A DNA stretch of 64,000 bases from IMG/VR virus record IMGVR_UViG_3300012950_001127, positions 1-64,000 of that record; one strand, 5' to 3'. Shown piece after piece: positions 1-9,500 of the stretch. A program made the translations under genes and the position numbers. Within the stretch, counting starts at the first letter, position 1. The number at the start of each line of letters is the position of its first letter. The DNA comes from a virus. Under the pieces are notes generated by a model, which was not told where the DNA came from, ran no database searches, and was given only the letters and a program-made list of their open reading frames with translations.

Positions 1-29
1 AAGACGAAGATTAAGAGGTTTGCTTTGCA

Positions 30-689
30 ATGAAGAGGATTGTAATTTCAGATATACATATCGGCAGTCCTAAATATAATTACAAAGAGCTTGTTAACTT
101 TCTTAATACCGCAGAATATGATCAGCTTATTTTGGCTGGAGATATAATAGACTTTATAAAAGTACCGGCATTTTCTTATAGATTTGCAGAAATATTAAAT
201 GCAATAGACTTTTCTAAAGATATAATTTATGTAGTAGGGAATCACGACATTTCCTTTGAGGGGATGGTTGGAGCCAAAGTTGGAGCCATATCCTTTGTGG
301 ATAAATATGACTTTGAAGAGTCTGGTAGGAAATTCAGAGTAATTCATGGACACCAATTTGAAAAGGGGATGGTTAATCTTAAGTTTTTTATGAAGCTTCT
401 CTCCATTATTTATGACTACTTAGAAAGAAGATTCGATTGGGACCTGACTGGATGGTATGTTGGGTATAAAATAAAGAAGAGAAAGCTTAGAAGAATTTGG
501 GATATTTTAAAGTGGAATGATGATGTAGACGTTATTATTATGGGGCATTGTCATCACCCAGAAGCAGTTATATGGGTTGATAAGAATCAAGAAATAAAAA
601 CCTATGTTAATTGCGGAGATTGGGTTGATAATCAGTCTTGGGTTTCCATTTCAAGTGGAGTCGTTAGACTAAAAACTCAAAATGATTGA
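30..689 (+). CDS. Calcineurin-like metallophosphoesterase (LpxH/UDP-2,3-diacylglucosamine hydrolase-like)
   Basis: Motifs SDIHIG, GDIID, GNHD, HGH and GHCH in the canonical metallophosphoesterase order. Confidence 0.85.
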   Translation: MKRIVISDIHIGSPKYNYKELVNFLNTAEYDQLILAGDIIDFIKVPAFSYRFAEILNAIDFSKDIIYVVGNHDISFEGMVGAKVGAISFVDKYDFEESGRKFRVIHGHQFEKGMVNLKFFMKLLSIIYDYLERRFDWDLTGWYVGYKIKKRKLRRIWDILKWNDDVDVIIMGHCHHPEAVIWVDKNQEIKTYVNCGDWVDNQSWVSISSGVVRLKTQND

Positions 690-782
690 TAATTTTAATA
701 TTGTGAGTAGTATATAGGCTGGCTCAAATATATAATTAGTTATATTTGGGTTTTGGTATTATGTTAAATATATGGAGATAAT

Positions 783-1076
783 ATGTTTGGTAAATTAAAA
801 GACTTTCTAGCAAAGCATAAGGTGTCAGTTGTTGTAGTCGGCGGTGTAGTCGTAGTTGCTACTGCGTTTGGAACGTGCTCTTTTGATCCATCAGAAGTAA
901 GTTCTGTTGAGGTTGAGGAAACTAATGGAGTAGAGACTGTCTCTGTCACTGGAGCAGCAGCAGAGGGCACTACTGTAACGACAGCAGAGGGCACTACTGT
1001 AACGACAGCAGAGGGCACTACTGGAACAGCAGCAGAAGCGACAGCAGAAGGCGCTACTGTAACGACAGCAGAGTAA
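783..1076 (+). CDS. Small membrane-anchored or lipoprotein-like protein with Thr/Ala/Glu repeats
   Basis: GGAG RBS; basic N-terminus, then a Val-rich hydrophobic stretch ending FGTC, then AEGTTVTT repeats. Confidence 0.7.
   Translation: MFGKLKDFLAKHKVSVVVVGGVVVVATAFGTCSFDPSEVSSVEVEETNGVETVSVTGAAAEGTTVTTAEGTTVTTAEGTTGTAAEATAEGATVTTAE
960..1073 (+). repeat. 24-bp coding tandem repeat (GCAGAGGGCACTACTGTAACGACA), 2 perfect plus degenerate copies
   Basis: Read directly from the sequence; encodes AEGTTVTT. Confidence 0.9.
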
Positions 1077-1096
1077 CCCACTTAATAGGAGATGAT

Positions 1097-2704
1097 ATGG
1101 GCAAAGAGGTTAAGTTTGATTTAGATGCAAGAAATGGGCTGCAAGCCGGTCTTGATATACTGGCAAATGCAGTAAAGATTACTTTGGGTCCGAAGGGTAG
1201 ACACGCTGCAATCGAGAGACGATTTGGGGCACCTTTAGTCACAAAAGATGGTGTAACTGTAGCTAAGTCTATATCGTTAGATGGAAAATTAGAAAATATG
1301 GGTGCACAGCTTGTAAAGGCTGTGGCGTCAGCCACTAATTTCGTGGCAGGGGACGGGACCACAACGGCAACTGTTTTAGCGCAATCTATTTATACAGAGG
1401 GGGCTAAGATGGTTGCCGCTGGTCATAACCCTGTTCTCATAAAGAGGGGCATAGACAAGGCTGTAAAGGTTGTAGTAAACAAATTGCAGGATATTAGCAC
1501 CCCTGTTTCTGATGAACAAGTGATAAAAAATGTAGCAATTATATCTTCAAATAATGATATAGAATTAGGAAAAATTATTGGCGAAGTAATTTCTAATATC
1601 GGAAATGATGGAACAATATCTGTTGAAGACGCTCCCGGTACTGAAACTAATGTTCAGTATACTGAGGGGCTGACACTTGACAGAGGGTATATAACGCCTA
1701 CTTTTGCAACAAATTTGGAGAAGTTAACAGTAGAATTCGATTCGCCATATATATTATGTTATGACGGGGCTATAACTTCTTCATATGATATTTTGCCAAT
1801 GTTAGAATTAGTATCAAAAGATGGTAGGGCACTTCTTATTATTGCTAGAAATGTTGAGTCAGAGGCGTTACAGACCCTTGTTCTTAATAAGGCAAGGGGA
1901 GCTTTAAATGTTTGTGCAGTAAAGGCTCCTGGATTTGGCGATATTAGACGAGATTTGCTTGGCGATATTGCCGCAGTTTGTGGTGCAAGATTTTTTTCAG
2001 AAAATGAATTACAATCTTTAAAAGATATTTCTACAGAAGATCTTGGCGTTGCAAGGAGAGTTGTTGTGACAAGGGGGCAGACAACCATTGTTGATGGAGC
2101 GGGAACAGAAGATGCCACAGAGCTTAGAGTTAGTGGAATTAGAAACCAATTGCAAGATCCTGGGCTTCACGCTTATGAGATTGCTTCGTTAAAGCAAAGG
2201 TTAGCAACACTATCTGGCTCTATAGCGGTATTCAGAGTCGGTGGAATTTCCGAAACTGAAATGAAAGAACGAAAAGACAGAGTAGAGGATGCTATAAACG
2301 CTGTAAAAGCAGCAATAGAAGAAGGCATTGTTCCTGGTGGTGGTGCTGCGCTGCTTCATTGCGTTAAGTCTCTAAATTCCTTAAAGAATGATTCATCGCT
2401 AATAGTTGAAGAAAAGGTTGGAGTTGAAATTGTATCTAAGGCTATCAAGGCCCCATTTGTTCAGATTTTAAAAAATGCCGGAACAGACCATTATTCTTAT
2501 ATGGAAAAAATTATTAATTCCAAAGAAACGCTTAGTGGATATGATGCGTATAAAAACGAGTTTGTAAAGGATATGTTTGAGGTTGGAATAATAGACCCGG
2601 TGAAGGTCGTTAGAACTGCACTTGAAAACGCTGCATCGGCAAGTGGTACGCTGCTTACTACAGAAGTGGCCATTCATGAGCTGGATGTTTTAAGCAAAGA
2701 GTAA
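1097..2704 (+). CDS. groEL: Chaperonin GroEL (phage copy 1)
   Basis: TLGPKGR, TKDGVTVA, GDGTTTAT, KAPGFGD, EGIVPGGG, GIIDP; no GGM tail. Confidence 0.97.
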   Translation: MGKEVKFDLDARNGLQAGLDILANAVKITLGPKGRHAAIERRFGAPLVTKDGVTVAKSISLDGKLENMGAQLVKAVASATNFVAGDGTTTATVLAQSIYTEGAKMVAAGHNPVLIKRGIDKAVKVVVNKLQDISTPVSDEQVIKNVAIISSNNDIELGKIIGEVISNIGNDGTISVEDAPGTETNVQYTEGLTLDRGYITPTFATNLEKLTVEFDSPYILCYDGAITSSYDILPMLELVSKDGRALLIIARNVESEALQTLVLNKARGALNVCAVKAPGFGDIRRDLLGDIAAVCGARFFSENELQSLKDISTEDLGVARRVVVTRGQTTIVDGAGTEDATELRVSGIRNQLQDPGLHAYEIASLKQRLATLSGSIAVFRVGGISETEMKERKDRVEDAINAVKAAIEEGIVPGGGAALLHCVKSLNSLKNDSSLIVEEKVGVEIVSKAIKAPFVQILKNAGTDHYSYMEKIINSKETLSGYDAYKNEFVKDMFEVGIIDPVKVVRTALENAASASGTLLTTEVAIHELDVLSKE

Positions 2705-2721
2705 ATAAAATTTAACTTTGT

Positions 2722-2740
2722 TTTCTTATCGGTTATTATT
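2722..2740 (+). promoter_or_regulatory. Repeated intergenic motif TTTCTTATCGGTTA(TTAT), copy 1
   Basis: Identical 14-mer at 15418 and a variant at 8870; all three lie just upstream of gene starts. Confidence 0.6.
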
Positions 2741-2776
2741 TATTGAATAGTTAAATTTTATTCTAAGGAGAGAGGT

Positions 2777-3064
2777 ATGTCTGCTGTTCATAACCCACAA
2801 TTGGAAGTCGTAGCTTCGGAAGAAGCCGAGGCAGAAAGGATGAGTGATTCAGAGCTTTTAAATAATTTAATTGCTATGGGAGTAAATTCTTGTACTCGCA
2901 GTTACGATGCAACACAAAAAAGGCTAAAAGAAACATTTGTAGAAATGGAATTATGCAAAATTGCTCCTACTTGGGACTTGCTTAATAATGAAATTAAAAT
3001 TGAAGTGGTTAACACACATTCTGACGAATTTAAAGCGTGGATTTCTGGAGAAAGGCATGAGTGA
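2777..3064 (+). CDS. Hypothetical protein
   Basis: Strong RBS (AAGGAGAGAGG); overlaps the next start. Confidence 0.75.
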   Translation: MSAVHNPQLEVVASEEAEAERMSDSELLNNLIAMGVNSCTRSYDATQKRLKETFVEMELCKIAPTWDLLNNEIKIEVVNTHSDEFKAWISGERHE

Positions 3065-3953
3065 TGATCTGATTCTTTCTGACTTGGCGAAAAGAGGCTT
3101 GTATCATTCCGTGATTAGCTATCGCAATAACGCAACAGATGATGCCAGTTTGCTGAGAGTTGAGGTTGTACGCAATACAGATGCTTCTTTTGATATTATT
3201 AATTCTATTTTAGATCATGTAAATGATGAAGATGATTATTACAATCATTTTGATAAAAATAAATTTATAGATAATCTTTTTAAAATTGCATCAGATAAAG
3301 ATATTAATCTTTACTCTATTCCAGAATGGCGTCAAAAAATAGATCTCTTCTTATCAGCGGCGTATTTAGACAAAGAGCAGGAGGATAGCCGCTTTTCTCC
3401 GTTTTTAGAGAGCTTCTATGATAGAGCTACCTATATACTAAATGCCGCCAACATGGTTCCAGATTATGATTGGACTGACCTATTTGGCAGAATGTATGGG
3501 CTGCAAAGAAACTACAACTATACTAGGTCGGCTTTTCGGTTTGTTTTTAATAAGCTATCGGACACAAAGCCAACGTATTTTAAAGAATTTGCAAAGTCTA
3601 ATATCTTTTGGCCTATAGAAAAGAAGCCTAATTATGCAGTTAGGACCACCTTCTATCAAAAGTATATAGAATTAGGGTTTTTGGATAAGAAAACTGCTAG
3701 AAAGATTAGAAGTGACGGTAGCGAAGATGCTTCAATGTCTGGCTTAAAAGCTTTGATTGAACATGAAGAGTTATATTCAGATTACTTTGATTTGCTTTTG
3801 CAATTTTCAGATTCAAAATATGAAGGAGTCCTTATGATTTTAGCAAAGGAGCTTCCGATTCATTTGCTAACTTCTATTATGGGCACGGAGAGTAATTGGG
3901 TAAAGCAAACGATTGACAAAAGACTTAATCAAGAGGAAGAGAATAATGGATAA
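3057..3953 (+). CDS. Hypothetical helical protein, paralog of the 11355 and 12095 ORFs
   Basis: ATG at 3057 with GGAG RBS; C-terminal LP..LL.....W....I/LxKRL motif shared with the two other ORFs. Confidence 0.75.
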   Translation: MSDDLILSDLAKRGLYHSVISYRNNATDDASLLRVEVVRNTDASFDIINSILDHVNDEDDYYNHFDKNKFIDNLFKIASDKDINLYSIPEWRQKIDLFLSAAYLDKEQEDSRFSPFLESFYDRATYILNAANMVPDYDWTDLFGRMYGLQRNYNYTRSAFRFVFNKLSDTKPTYFKEFAKSNIFWPIEKKPNYAVRTTFYQKYIELGFLDKKTARKIRSDGSEDASMSGLKALIEHEELYSDYFDLLLQFSDSKYEGVLMILAKELPIHLLTSIMGTESNWVKQTIDKRLNQEEENNG

Positions 3954-4215
3954 TTTTGTTTGGCTGGAAGAGCCGGTTCATAAGAATGTTTTTAAAAAGT
4001 TTAAGTTTTACGAGGATGATGCTATTCTGGAGGCACTGAAACTCAGCTTCGATGGATCTATTATGGCGGTGAGCAGAGATAAGGTAGAGTCTCATTATAA
4101 AGACCAAGAGGTTAAAATGATGAAGCTTGGCTTTAAGCCCTATCCTAAAAAGTTTGACGTTTCTGATGAAGAAAGTTTTTATAGATGCTTATCTCATTAT
4201 ATTGATTTAGAATAA
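3946..4215 (+). CDS. Hypothetical protein
   Basis: ATG at 3946 overlaps the upstream gene end; followed by a terminator. Confidence 0.7.
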   Translation: MDNFVWLEEPVHKNVFKKFKFYEDDAILEALKLSFDGSIMAVSRDKVESHYKDQEVKMMKLGFKPYPKKFDVSDEESFYRCLSHYIDLE

Positions 4216-4231
4216 ACAAATTTAATTTGTT

Positions 4232-4262
4232 AAAAACCCGGCCAAAAGGTCGGGTTTTTTTT
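4232..4262 (+). terminator. Rho-independent terminator (possibly bidirectional)
   Basis: AAAAACCCGGCC-AAAA-GGTCGGGTTTTTTTT hairpin with a U-tract. Confidence 0.85.
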
Positions 4263-4304
4263 ATGCTAATAATGAGTGTTACTTGTGAAGCAAAAAGGTA
4301 TATA

Positions 4305-4730
4305 ATGTCATACTCAATATATAAAAAAGCAGGCCTTGAAGATACAGGCCAGATGGATTCCAAAACGGGGTTGCCTATTCGTGTTTCTACAACAGTAAGA
4401 AAGAAGTATAGAAAATATTGGTCTGGTCAAGAGTTGGGGGCTGGATCATATAGTAGGATGAATTGGGCTTCTCTTGAAAATGATTCTTTAAATAAAATTG
4501 TAGCCCAAGATTTTGACAACAGTGCCGATGGAGTTGTTCATCATTTTAAATCAAATAAGCCGTCTGCCAATGACAATCCGGAATGGATAGAGATAAGAAT
4601 AGTTAGAAGCTATGGAGGCGGAATGAAGATGCCATTTAATATATTTTTATCTGTTATTAGAGATAGCTCTGTAGATATAATTACAGTTACGACAGCTTAT
4701 CGGAAGCCTGGAAAGCCAAGGTTGCTTTGA
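4305..4730 (+). CDS. Hypothetical protein (putative late gene)
   Basis: ATG at 4305 follows the terminator and a TGCTAAT motif; N-terminal IYKKA site. Confidence 0.65.
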   Translation: MSYSIYKKAGLEDTGQMDSKTGLPIRVSTTVRKKYRKYWSGQELGAGSYSRMNWASLENDSLNKIVAQDFDNSADGVVHHFKSNKPSANDNPEWIEIRIVRSYGGGMKMPFNIFLSVIRDSSVDIITVTTAYRKPGKPRLL

Positions 4731-4798
4731 TTTAAAAAAGATCTATTGGTATTAATATATTAATTAAATATTTATAGATAACATTTTGTTATAGGATT

Positions 4799-5893
4799 AT
4801 GATGTTAAACAAGACTGCACAACCAACTAATTGGCCATTGATAGTATCTGGAATTAGAGGTATTTCAAACTTACCTCAAAATGTCAGACAAATGATTGAT
4901 TCTAACTCTTTTGCTTTTCCGCAATCTTGTCCCGATAAACCAGGGGCTATTGCCTATGTATCTACAGAAGATTTGAATAATGATGGCAATATAGATATTA
5001 TTAATATTGTAGTGCCTGCATTTAATACGGCTTTAAAGCCTGAGCGTTTAACTGGGTTAGACAAAGCAAGTGATGAATATAAAGATATAATGTCTCAAAT
5101 TGCAAGCGTTCTTGTTCATGAGGCAGCACATATTGATGATTATACTCAAGATAGTGGATTTTTAGGAGGCGAGGGAGTTGCCGAGGCCGCAGAAAGAACC
5201 TTTGAGCCTATTTTTGCAAGCAATAACTTATCTATTAATAATAAGGATAAAAATATGATTAATGATTTAATTAAATTAGCCAATCACTTTGATAATATTG
5301 GCGAACAAAGACTAGCGAATTTTGCAGATTCTTTAATTAAAAGTGCTGGAACCGAAGAGGTTGTAAGCAAGATTCAAGATCTGCTGAATGAAAATTTTGG
5401 AGCAACCCTGAGTGTTGATGGTCAGTGGGGCCCTAACACAGAGGCTGCATTTAGTGAAGCTTTGAGCGGAAGAACTGCGCCTAATCCAGCAGAAGCCTTA
5501 AGTATGTTACAGGCAGCCCTTCCGTCAGGCACTCCTATTGAGTTTCTGCCAGAGACGAACTTAGAGTTCGGCATGAATGAAGGTTCTTTTTTAACTGCTC
5601 GCAAGCCAACTGATTTTGAAGTACCCGAAGGAGTTAGGCTATCTGCTCAAAGAATAAATCAAATGTATAATGATATAGGTGAGATATATAATAATGCGGT
5701 ACAAATGGTAGTGGCTGCTAGCGAATCAGCTTATGGAGAAAAAGGGGTGCCTTATCCTCAGTTGCAGGTTCAGATGGCACTAAAAGAAGAGGGTATGCAA
5801 GATGATGCAGTTGCAGCTGTTGACGCATTAGCGTCAGGGAAAACTGCTATTGCTTTTTATAGAAATGAACGATTGAGGAAACTAGGATACTGA
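4799..5893 (+). CDS. Putative virion protein: HExxH zincin-like domain, ANxxD tag and peptidoglycan-binding-like domain
   Basis: LVHEAAH; DLNNDGNID Ca-loop-like motif; LIKLANHFDNIG tag; IQDLL...VDGQWGPNTEAA (PG_binding_1-like). Confidence 0.6.
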   Translation: MMLNKTAQPTNWPLIVSGIRGISNLPQNVRQMIDSNSFAFPQSCPDKPGAIAYVSTEDLNNDGNIDIINIVVPAFNTALKPERLTGLDKASDEYKDIMSQIASVLVHEAAHIDDYTQDSGFLGGEGVAEAAERTFEPIFASNNLSINNKDKNMINDLIKLANHFDNIGEQRLANFADSLIKSAGTEEVVSKIQDLLNENFGATLSVDGQWGPNTEAAFSEALSGRTAPNPAEALSMLQAALPSGTPIEFLPETNLEFGMNEGSFLTARKPTDFEVPEGVRLSAQRINQMYNDIGEIYNNAVQMVVAASESAYGEKGVPYPQLQVQMALKEEGMQDDAVAAVDALASGKTAIAFYRNERLRKLGY

Positions 5894-5917
5894 GAGTATT
5901 TATAAAATTGTGAATAC

Positions 5918-5924
5918 TACTAAT
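5918..5924 (+). promoter_or_regulatory. Putative late promoter motif TACTAAT
   Basis: The same or a similar heptamer recurs upstream of the putative virion gene blocks (37125, 54838, 61783; variants 4264, 33369, 21638). Confidence 0.4.
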
Positions 5925-6005
5925 ATTAAAATTGATAATGATCTTTACAGATCGGTGCTTATTTTTTAACTTTGAATTTAATTAAGGAAATACAGGAGAA
6001 TTAAG

Positions 6006-6998
6006 ATGACAAATAGACGTAATGGGTTGAGCAATGATTTGGTTAAGTTAGCAAATCATTTAGACAACATAGGCCACAATGATCTGGCTAACAGAATTGA
6101 TCATATTATAAGCAAGGAAGCGGGCGCTTGGGACGACGCCTGGAGCGCGGCTAAGAGCGTTGCAAACAATACTTATGAAAATGCTGCTGAAGGCATGTCT
6201 GACGCATGGGAAGGAGCTAAGGATCTTGGCTCTGGAGCATATGAAATAGTGCAGTCTCCACTTGGCGCAGCTTGGGATGTTGCTCAGGGCGCTGGAAATC
6301 TCGGCTCTGCCGCATTAAACGCTTTAACTGGCGACTTTGATGATGCAGGAAGAGATCTTGGTGATGCCTGGGATCAAGTTGGCGACATTGGCGGTGAGAT
6401 ATCCGACTTTGGTGGCGGCGCTTGGGACGCAGCAAAGGGCGTAGGAAATCTTGGTTGGGGTGCCGCACAAGTTGCAGCAGCACCATTCACAGGAGCCGGT
6501 GAAGCAGCATATGACGGAGCAAGCAACTGGTTTAGCGGCAAGTTGGACGATATAGTTCAGTCTAGACTTCCTACTGACCATGTTACACATCCAGAATTAC
6601 AAACATCTCAGACACAGCAGGATGAAGCAACAGCAGCAGCAACAGGTCCAGCGGCTAATCTTGCTCCTAAAGCAAAAAGAAGTTGGGGAGAGGAATACTA
6701 TCCAGCAGCTTCTGATGATGCAAATGTAAGAGCTATTCAGGCAGCTTTGGGTGTAACACCTGACGGACAATTTGGAGAGGATACTATGGGCGCTTGGAAT
6801 CAACAGATGGGGAATGTGGGTATGCCTGCGACTTCTGCTGAAGCGTTGGCCGCTGTTGGCGCTCTAGCTAATGATCATGTAACTGCACGTTACAGAAGAA
6901 ATGGTCTTCGCAAGTCTGCAGGATTGACGGTTCAGGACAAGATTGATCTCTTGGCCAGACAGTTCACTTCTGGTGTGCCATCTAATGTAAGGAGATAG
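6006..6998 (+). CDS. Putative virion protein: ANHLD tag, Trp-periodic amphipathic repeats and PG-binding-like domain
   Basis: LVKLANHLDNIG; AWD/AWE repeats; VRAIQAALGVTPDGQFGEDT. Confidence 0.6.
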   Translation: MTNRRNGLSNDLVKLANHLDNIGHNDLANRIDHIISKEAGAWDDAWSAAKSVANNTYENAAEGMSDAWEGAKDLGSGAYEIVQSPLGAAWDVAQGAGNLGSAALNALTGDFDDAGRDLGDAWDQVGDIGGEISDFGGGAWDAAKGVGNLGWGAAQVAAAPFTGAGEAAYDGASNWFSGKLDDIVQSRLPTDHVTHPELQTSQTQQDEATAAATGPAANLAPKAKRSWGEEYYPAASDDANVRAIQAALGVTPDGQFGEDTMGAWNQQMGNVGMPATSAEALAAVGALANDHVTARYRRNGLRKSAGLTVQDKIDLLARQFTSGVPSNVRR

Positions 6999-7000
6999 GA

Positions 7001-8833
7001 ATGAAGGGCTTACCGCCCAACATTCCCATCTCTCTTCTGATTCCAGAATATGAAGATGGTCCTGTTCTTAAACCTCCGAATCCAAACATTCAAGGGGCTA
7101 TGTATAGTCCCGCTGAAATAGAGGACGACGAGGCGGAACCGGGCAAAAACTTAACAAAATTAAATTATAAGCGTGAGATCGAGAAAAGAGCACTGGGTTT
7201 GACGGGCGTACCTTTTGGGAGCCCGCCCGGTGCTCAACCTCGCTCTGAAGGGTTAGGTCCGCTAGATGAAAGTGACTTTGAAACTCACTCTTTCGGCGGG
7301 CCTTCTTCTATTGATTCTGAGGAGTCTTGGCCTCCAGGGAATATAGAGAGAAGAGACACAGGCAAAACTATTAATAATCCAGCTAAAACTGAACCAGATA
7401 GTTTTTTAAACTCTCTGGATACTGACAAATTAACTAGAACCAGAGAACCGAGGGCGATTGAAGCAATGAGCACCGAAACAAAAGAATTATTAAAATTATC
7501 AGAAGCATTGAGCAGAAGTGGGCACAGAGCTCAGGCTAATGTGGTATATACTTTAACTAAAATGGCAGGTATGGGTGATTTAGTAAACGCCGCAATAGGC
7601 GCAGGGGAAGCTTTTCTGAACAAGGTGAAAGAAGTATCTGCTATGGGGACTAACTGGGGTGATGGCGATGATGATGAGGTAGAGTTGCCTAGATTTGTGG
7701 CATGGTTCCAACCTTGGATACAAGGAAAGATTCAAGGTATTGGCAATAAGACTGAAGGTTGGGCCAGAGTAGATTTGGTGCTTATAGCCTCTAAGCTCAC
7801 AGAGATTATTGCTGATGATCCAGATCATCAAGAAGAATTTATGAATTTAGTAAAGCCTAGTTTAAATGATTTTTCGGCAAAAATGGCGGCAATTGTAACC
7901 GCTAATCAGCCCGCACAACCAAAGCGTAGCAGAAGCGGTCGTTCTGCGGCTGGCGGTGGAGGCTTTGCTTATCCTGCTTCTGATTGTGTAAAACAAATTC
8001 AAGGCATTTTAGGCGTTACGGTAGATGGAAAGTTTGGACCAAACACAAAGGCTGCTTGGGCGGCCAAAACTAGTGCTGTCGCACTTCCGGCAACATGTGC
8101 TTTAGCGCTGGCCGCATTACAGCAAGGTGATTCGGGCGCAACCGGAGGTTCTGTCGCAGGAACAGAGGTTGATACTCAACTTCTAATTAAGTATTTAGCT
8201 TATCCGAATTCTCTTGTGCATAGAGCGGCTCAATTAGTCCCGACTTATCAGGCGGCATCACTGACTGTTTTAGAAAAAGGAGCACTTAGCTGTGAAGATG
8301 CAGCAAAAGTTGTTGCCAGCAGTATGCGCAGCTCTGTAGAGAAAGCTTTTGGAGAAGACGTAGAAGCAAATGCTAGGCTGGTTGATACTTTGAGTATAAT
8401 GCCTCTATGTTCCCCAGAGGATATAGCTGGCTCTGGCAAGACAACAGAGCAAGAAGGAAACTTAGTATTGTATCAGGGGCCAATAAGATCACCTGTAGCT
8501 TCAAATGAATCTATGCACTCAATAGGGTTGGCAAAGAGGCAGGTAGATGGAGATGGTGACGGCGAACCTGATTATGAAGATTTGGTTCCAGTGTTTATTC
8601 ATGGTAGCCAGATATTGCCTATCGAAATGAGGCCGTCCGTTTATCCGGGACACAAGCCTTACTTGACTGCAAGAGAGCAAAGGGCGTTGGCCTCAAATGA
8701 TGGAACGGGAATAGGCGGGAGATTTTTAGGAATACCTCTGCCGGGAGAAAAGGCTAGAAGCGCAAGGAATAGAAGAAGAGAGCTTAAAGATATGCGACAA
8801 GCCATTAGACAGCAAAGGCGGGCACGGCGGTAG
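7001..8833 (+). CDS. Putative virion protein with a divergent tag and PG-binding-like domain
   Basis: LLKLSEALSRSG...LTKMAG; VKQIQGILGVTVDGKFGPNTKAAW; DGDGDG loop; Arg-rich C-terminus. Confidence 0.6.
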   Translation: MKGLPPNIPISLLIPEYEDGPVLKPPNPNIQGAMYSPAEIEDDEAEPGKNLTKLNYKREIEKRALGLTGVPFGSPPGAQPRSEGLGPLDESDFETHSFGGPSSIDSEESWPPGNIERRDTGKTINNPAKTEPDSFLNSLDTDKLTRTREPRAIEAMSTETKELLKLSEALSRSGHRAQANVVYTLTKMAGMGDLVNAAIGAGEAFLNKVKEVSAMGTNWGDGDDDEVELPRFVAWFQPWIQGKIQGIGNKTEGWARVDLVLIASKLTEIIADDPDHQEEFMNLVKPSLNDFSAKMAAIVTANQPAQPKRSRSGRSAAGGGGFAYPASDCVKQIQGILGVTVDGKFGPNTKAAWAAKTSAVALPATCALALAALQQGDSGATGGSVAGTEVDTQLLIKYLAYPNSLVHRAAQLVPTYQAASLTVLEKGALSCEDAAKVVASSMRSSVEKAFGEDVEANARLVDTLSIMPLCSPEDIAGSGKTTEQEGNLVLYQGPIRSPVASNESMHSIGLAKRQVDGDGDGEPDYEDLVPVFIHGSQILPIEMRPSVYPGHKPYLTAREQRALASNDGTGIGGRFLGIPLPGEKARSARNRRRELKDMRQAIRQQRRARR

Positions 8834-8869
8834 CAACTAATGGTTGCTTTATATAAAAAGTAATTCCGC

Positions 8870-8907
8870 TTTCCTATCAGTTACCTCGCTTTGGATAGGA
8901 GCGAGGT
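8870..8907 (+). promoter_or_regulatory. Motif variant TTTCCTATCAGTTA followed by an RBS-overlapping hairpin
   Basis: 12/14 match to the 2722/15418 motif; ACCTCGCT (8883-8890) pairs with AGCGAGGT (8900-8907). Confidence 0.5.
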
Positions 8908-8912
8908 TTTCT

Positions 8913-9500
8913 ATGATTAATATCTTTGGTGATAATAAAGCCGCGAAGAAGAGTAGGAAAGTAAGGCGCAAGTCTAAAAGGCTTTCAGCCACAGAAGTAG
9001 CCAAACTTGGACAAGAAAAGCTTGAGCAACTAAACCCTATGGTCATTCCTTTGCTTGCAGTAAAAAGCCAAGAAAGTCCAAATAATGAATTTCTTAAGTC
9101 TAGCATCTCTGTTATAACAGAAAGACCTCACAGCCTAACGAGCAAGTGGATTGGCTCTCTTAATAAGTGGGTAGACTCAATTGTTGCCGGGGTTTTGTTA
9201 GACGAGCCAGAGATTGAAGAGGGGGTTAGGTCAGATTTTGGCCCGCTTGCTGTTTGTAATATCGTAGAAGCAAAAATGACTTCCGAATACCCTATGCCAG
9301 CTATCATATGCGTTGACGAAAGAGGTTGGAAGTGGTATTTCAAAACATCTAAGGCTCATGGATTTGTCGTTGGAGAGACAATTACTTTTACCGCGACTGT
9401 CTCTAGACACAAAGAAGGGATTACTTTTCTTCGTCGCCCAAGTAAAATCAAGAAGGTCATAAATATTATGGCGGAAACCAAAGAGGGTTGTGATGATTGA
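8913..9500 (+). CDS. Hypothetical protein, possible C-terminal OB-fold
   Basis: ATG at 8913; beta-rich C-terminus (GETITFTATVSRH...TFLRRP). Confidence 0.6.
   Translation: MINIFGDNKAAKKSRKVRRKSKRLSATEVAKLGQEKLEQLNPMVIPLLAVKSQESPNNEFLKSSISVITERPHSLTSKWIGSLNKWVDSIVAGVLLDEPEIEEGVRSDFGPLAVCNIVEAKMTSEYPMPAIICVDERGWKWYFKTSKAHGFVVGETITFTATVSRHKEGITFLRRPSKIKKVINIMAETKEGCDD

Noticed and set aside
960-1073. CRISPR-like array in the 24-bp repeats (also the 49-bp repeats at 62804)
   Set aside because: The repeats are in-frame coding duplications without a series of unique spacers.
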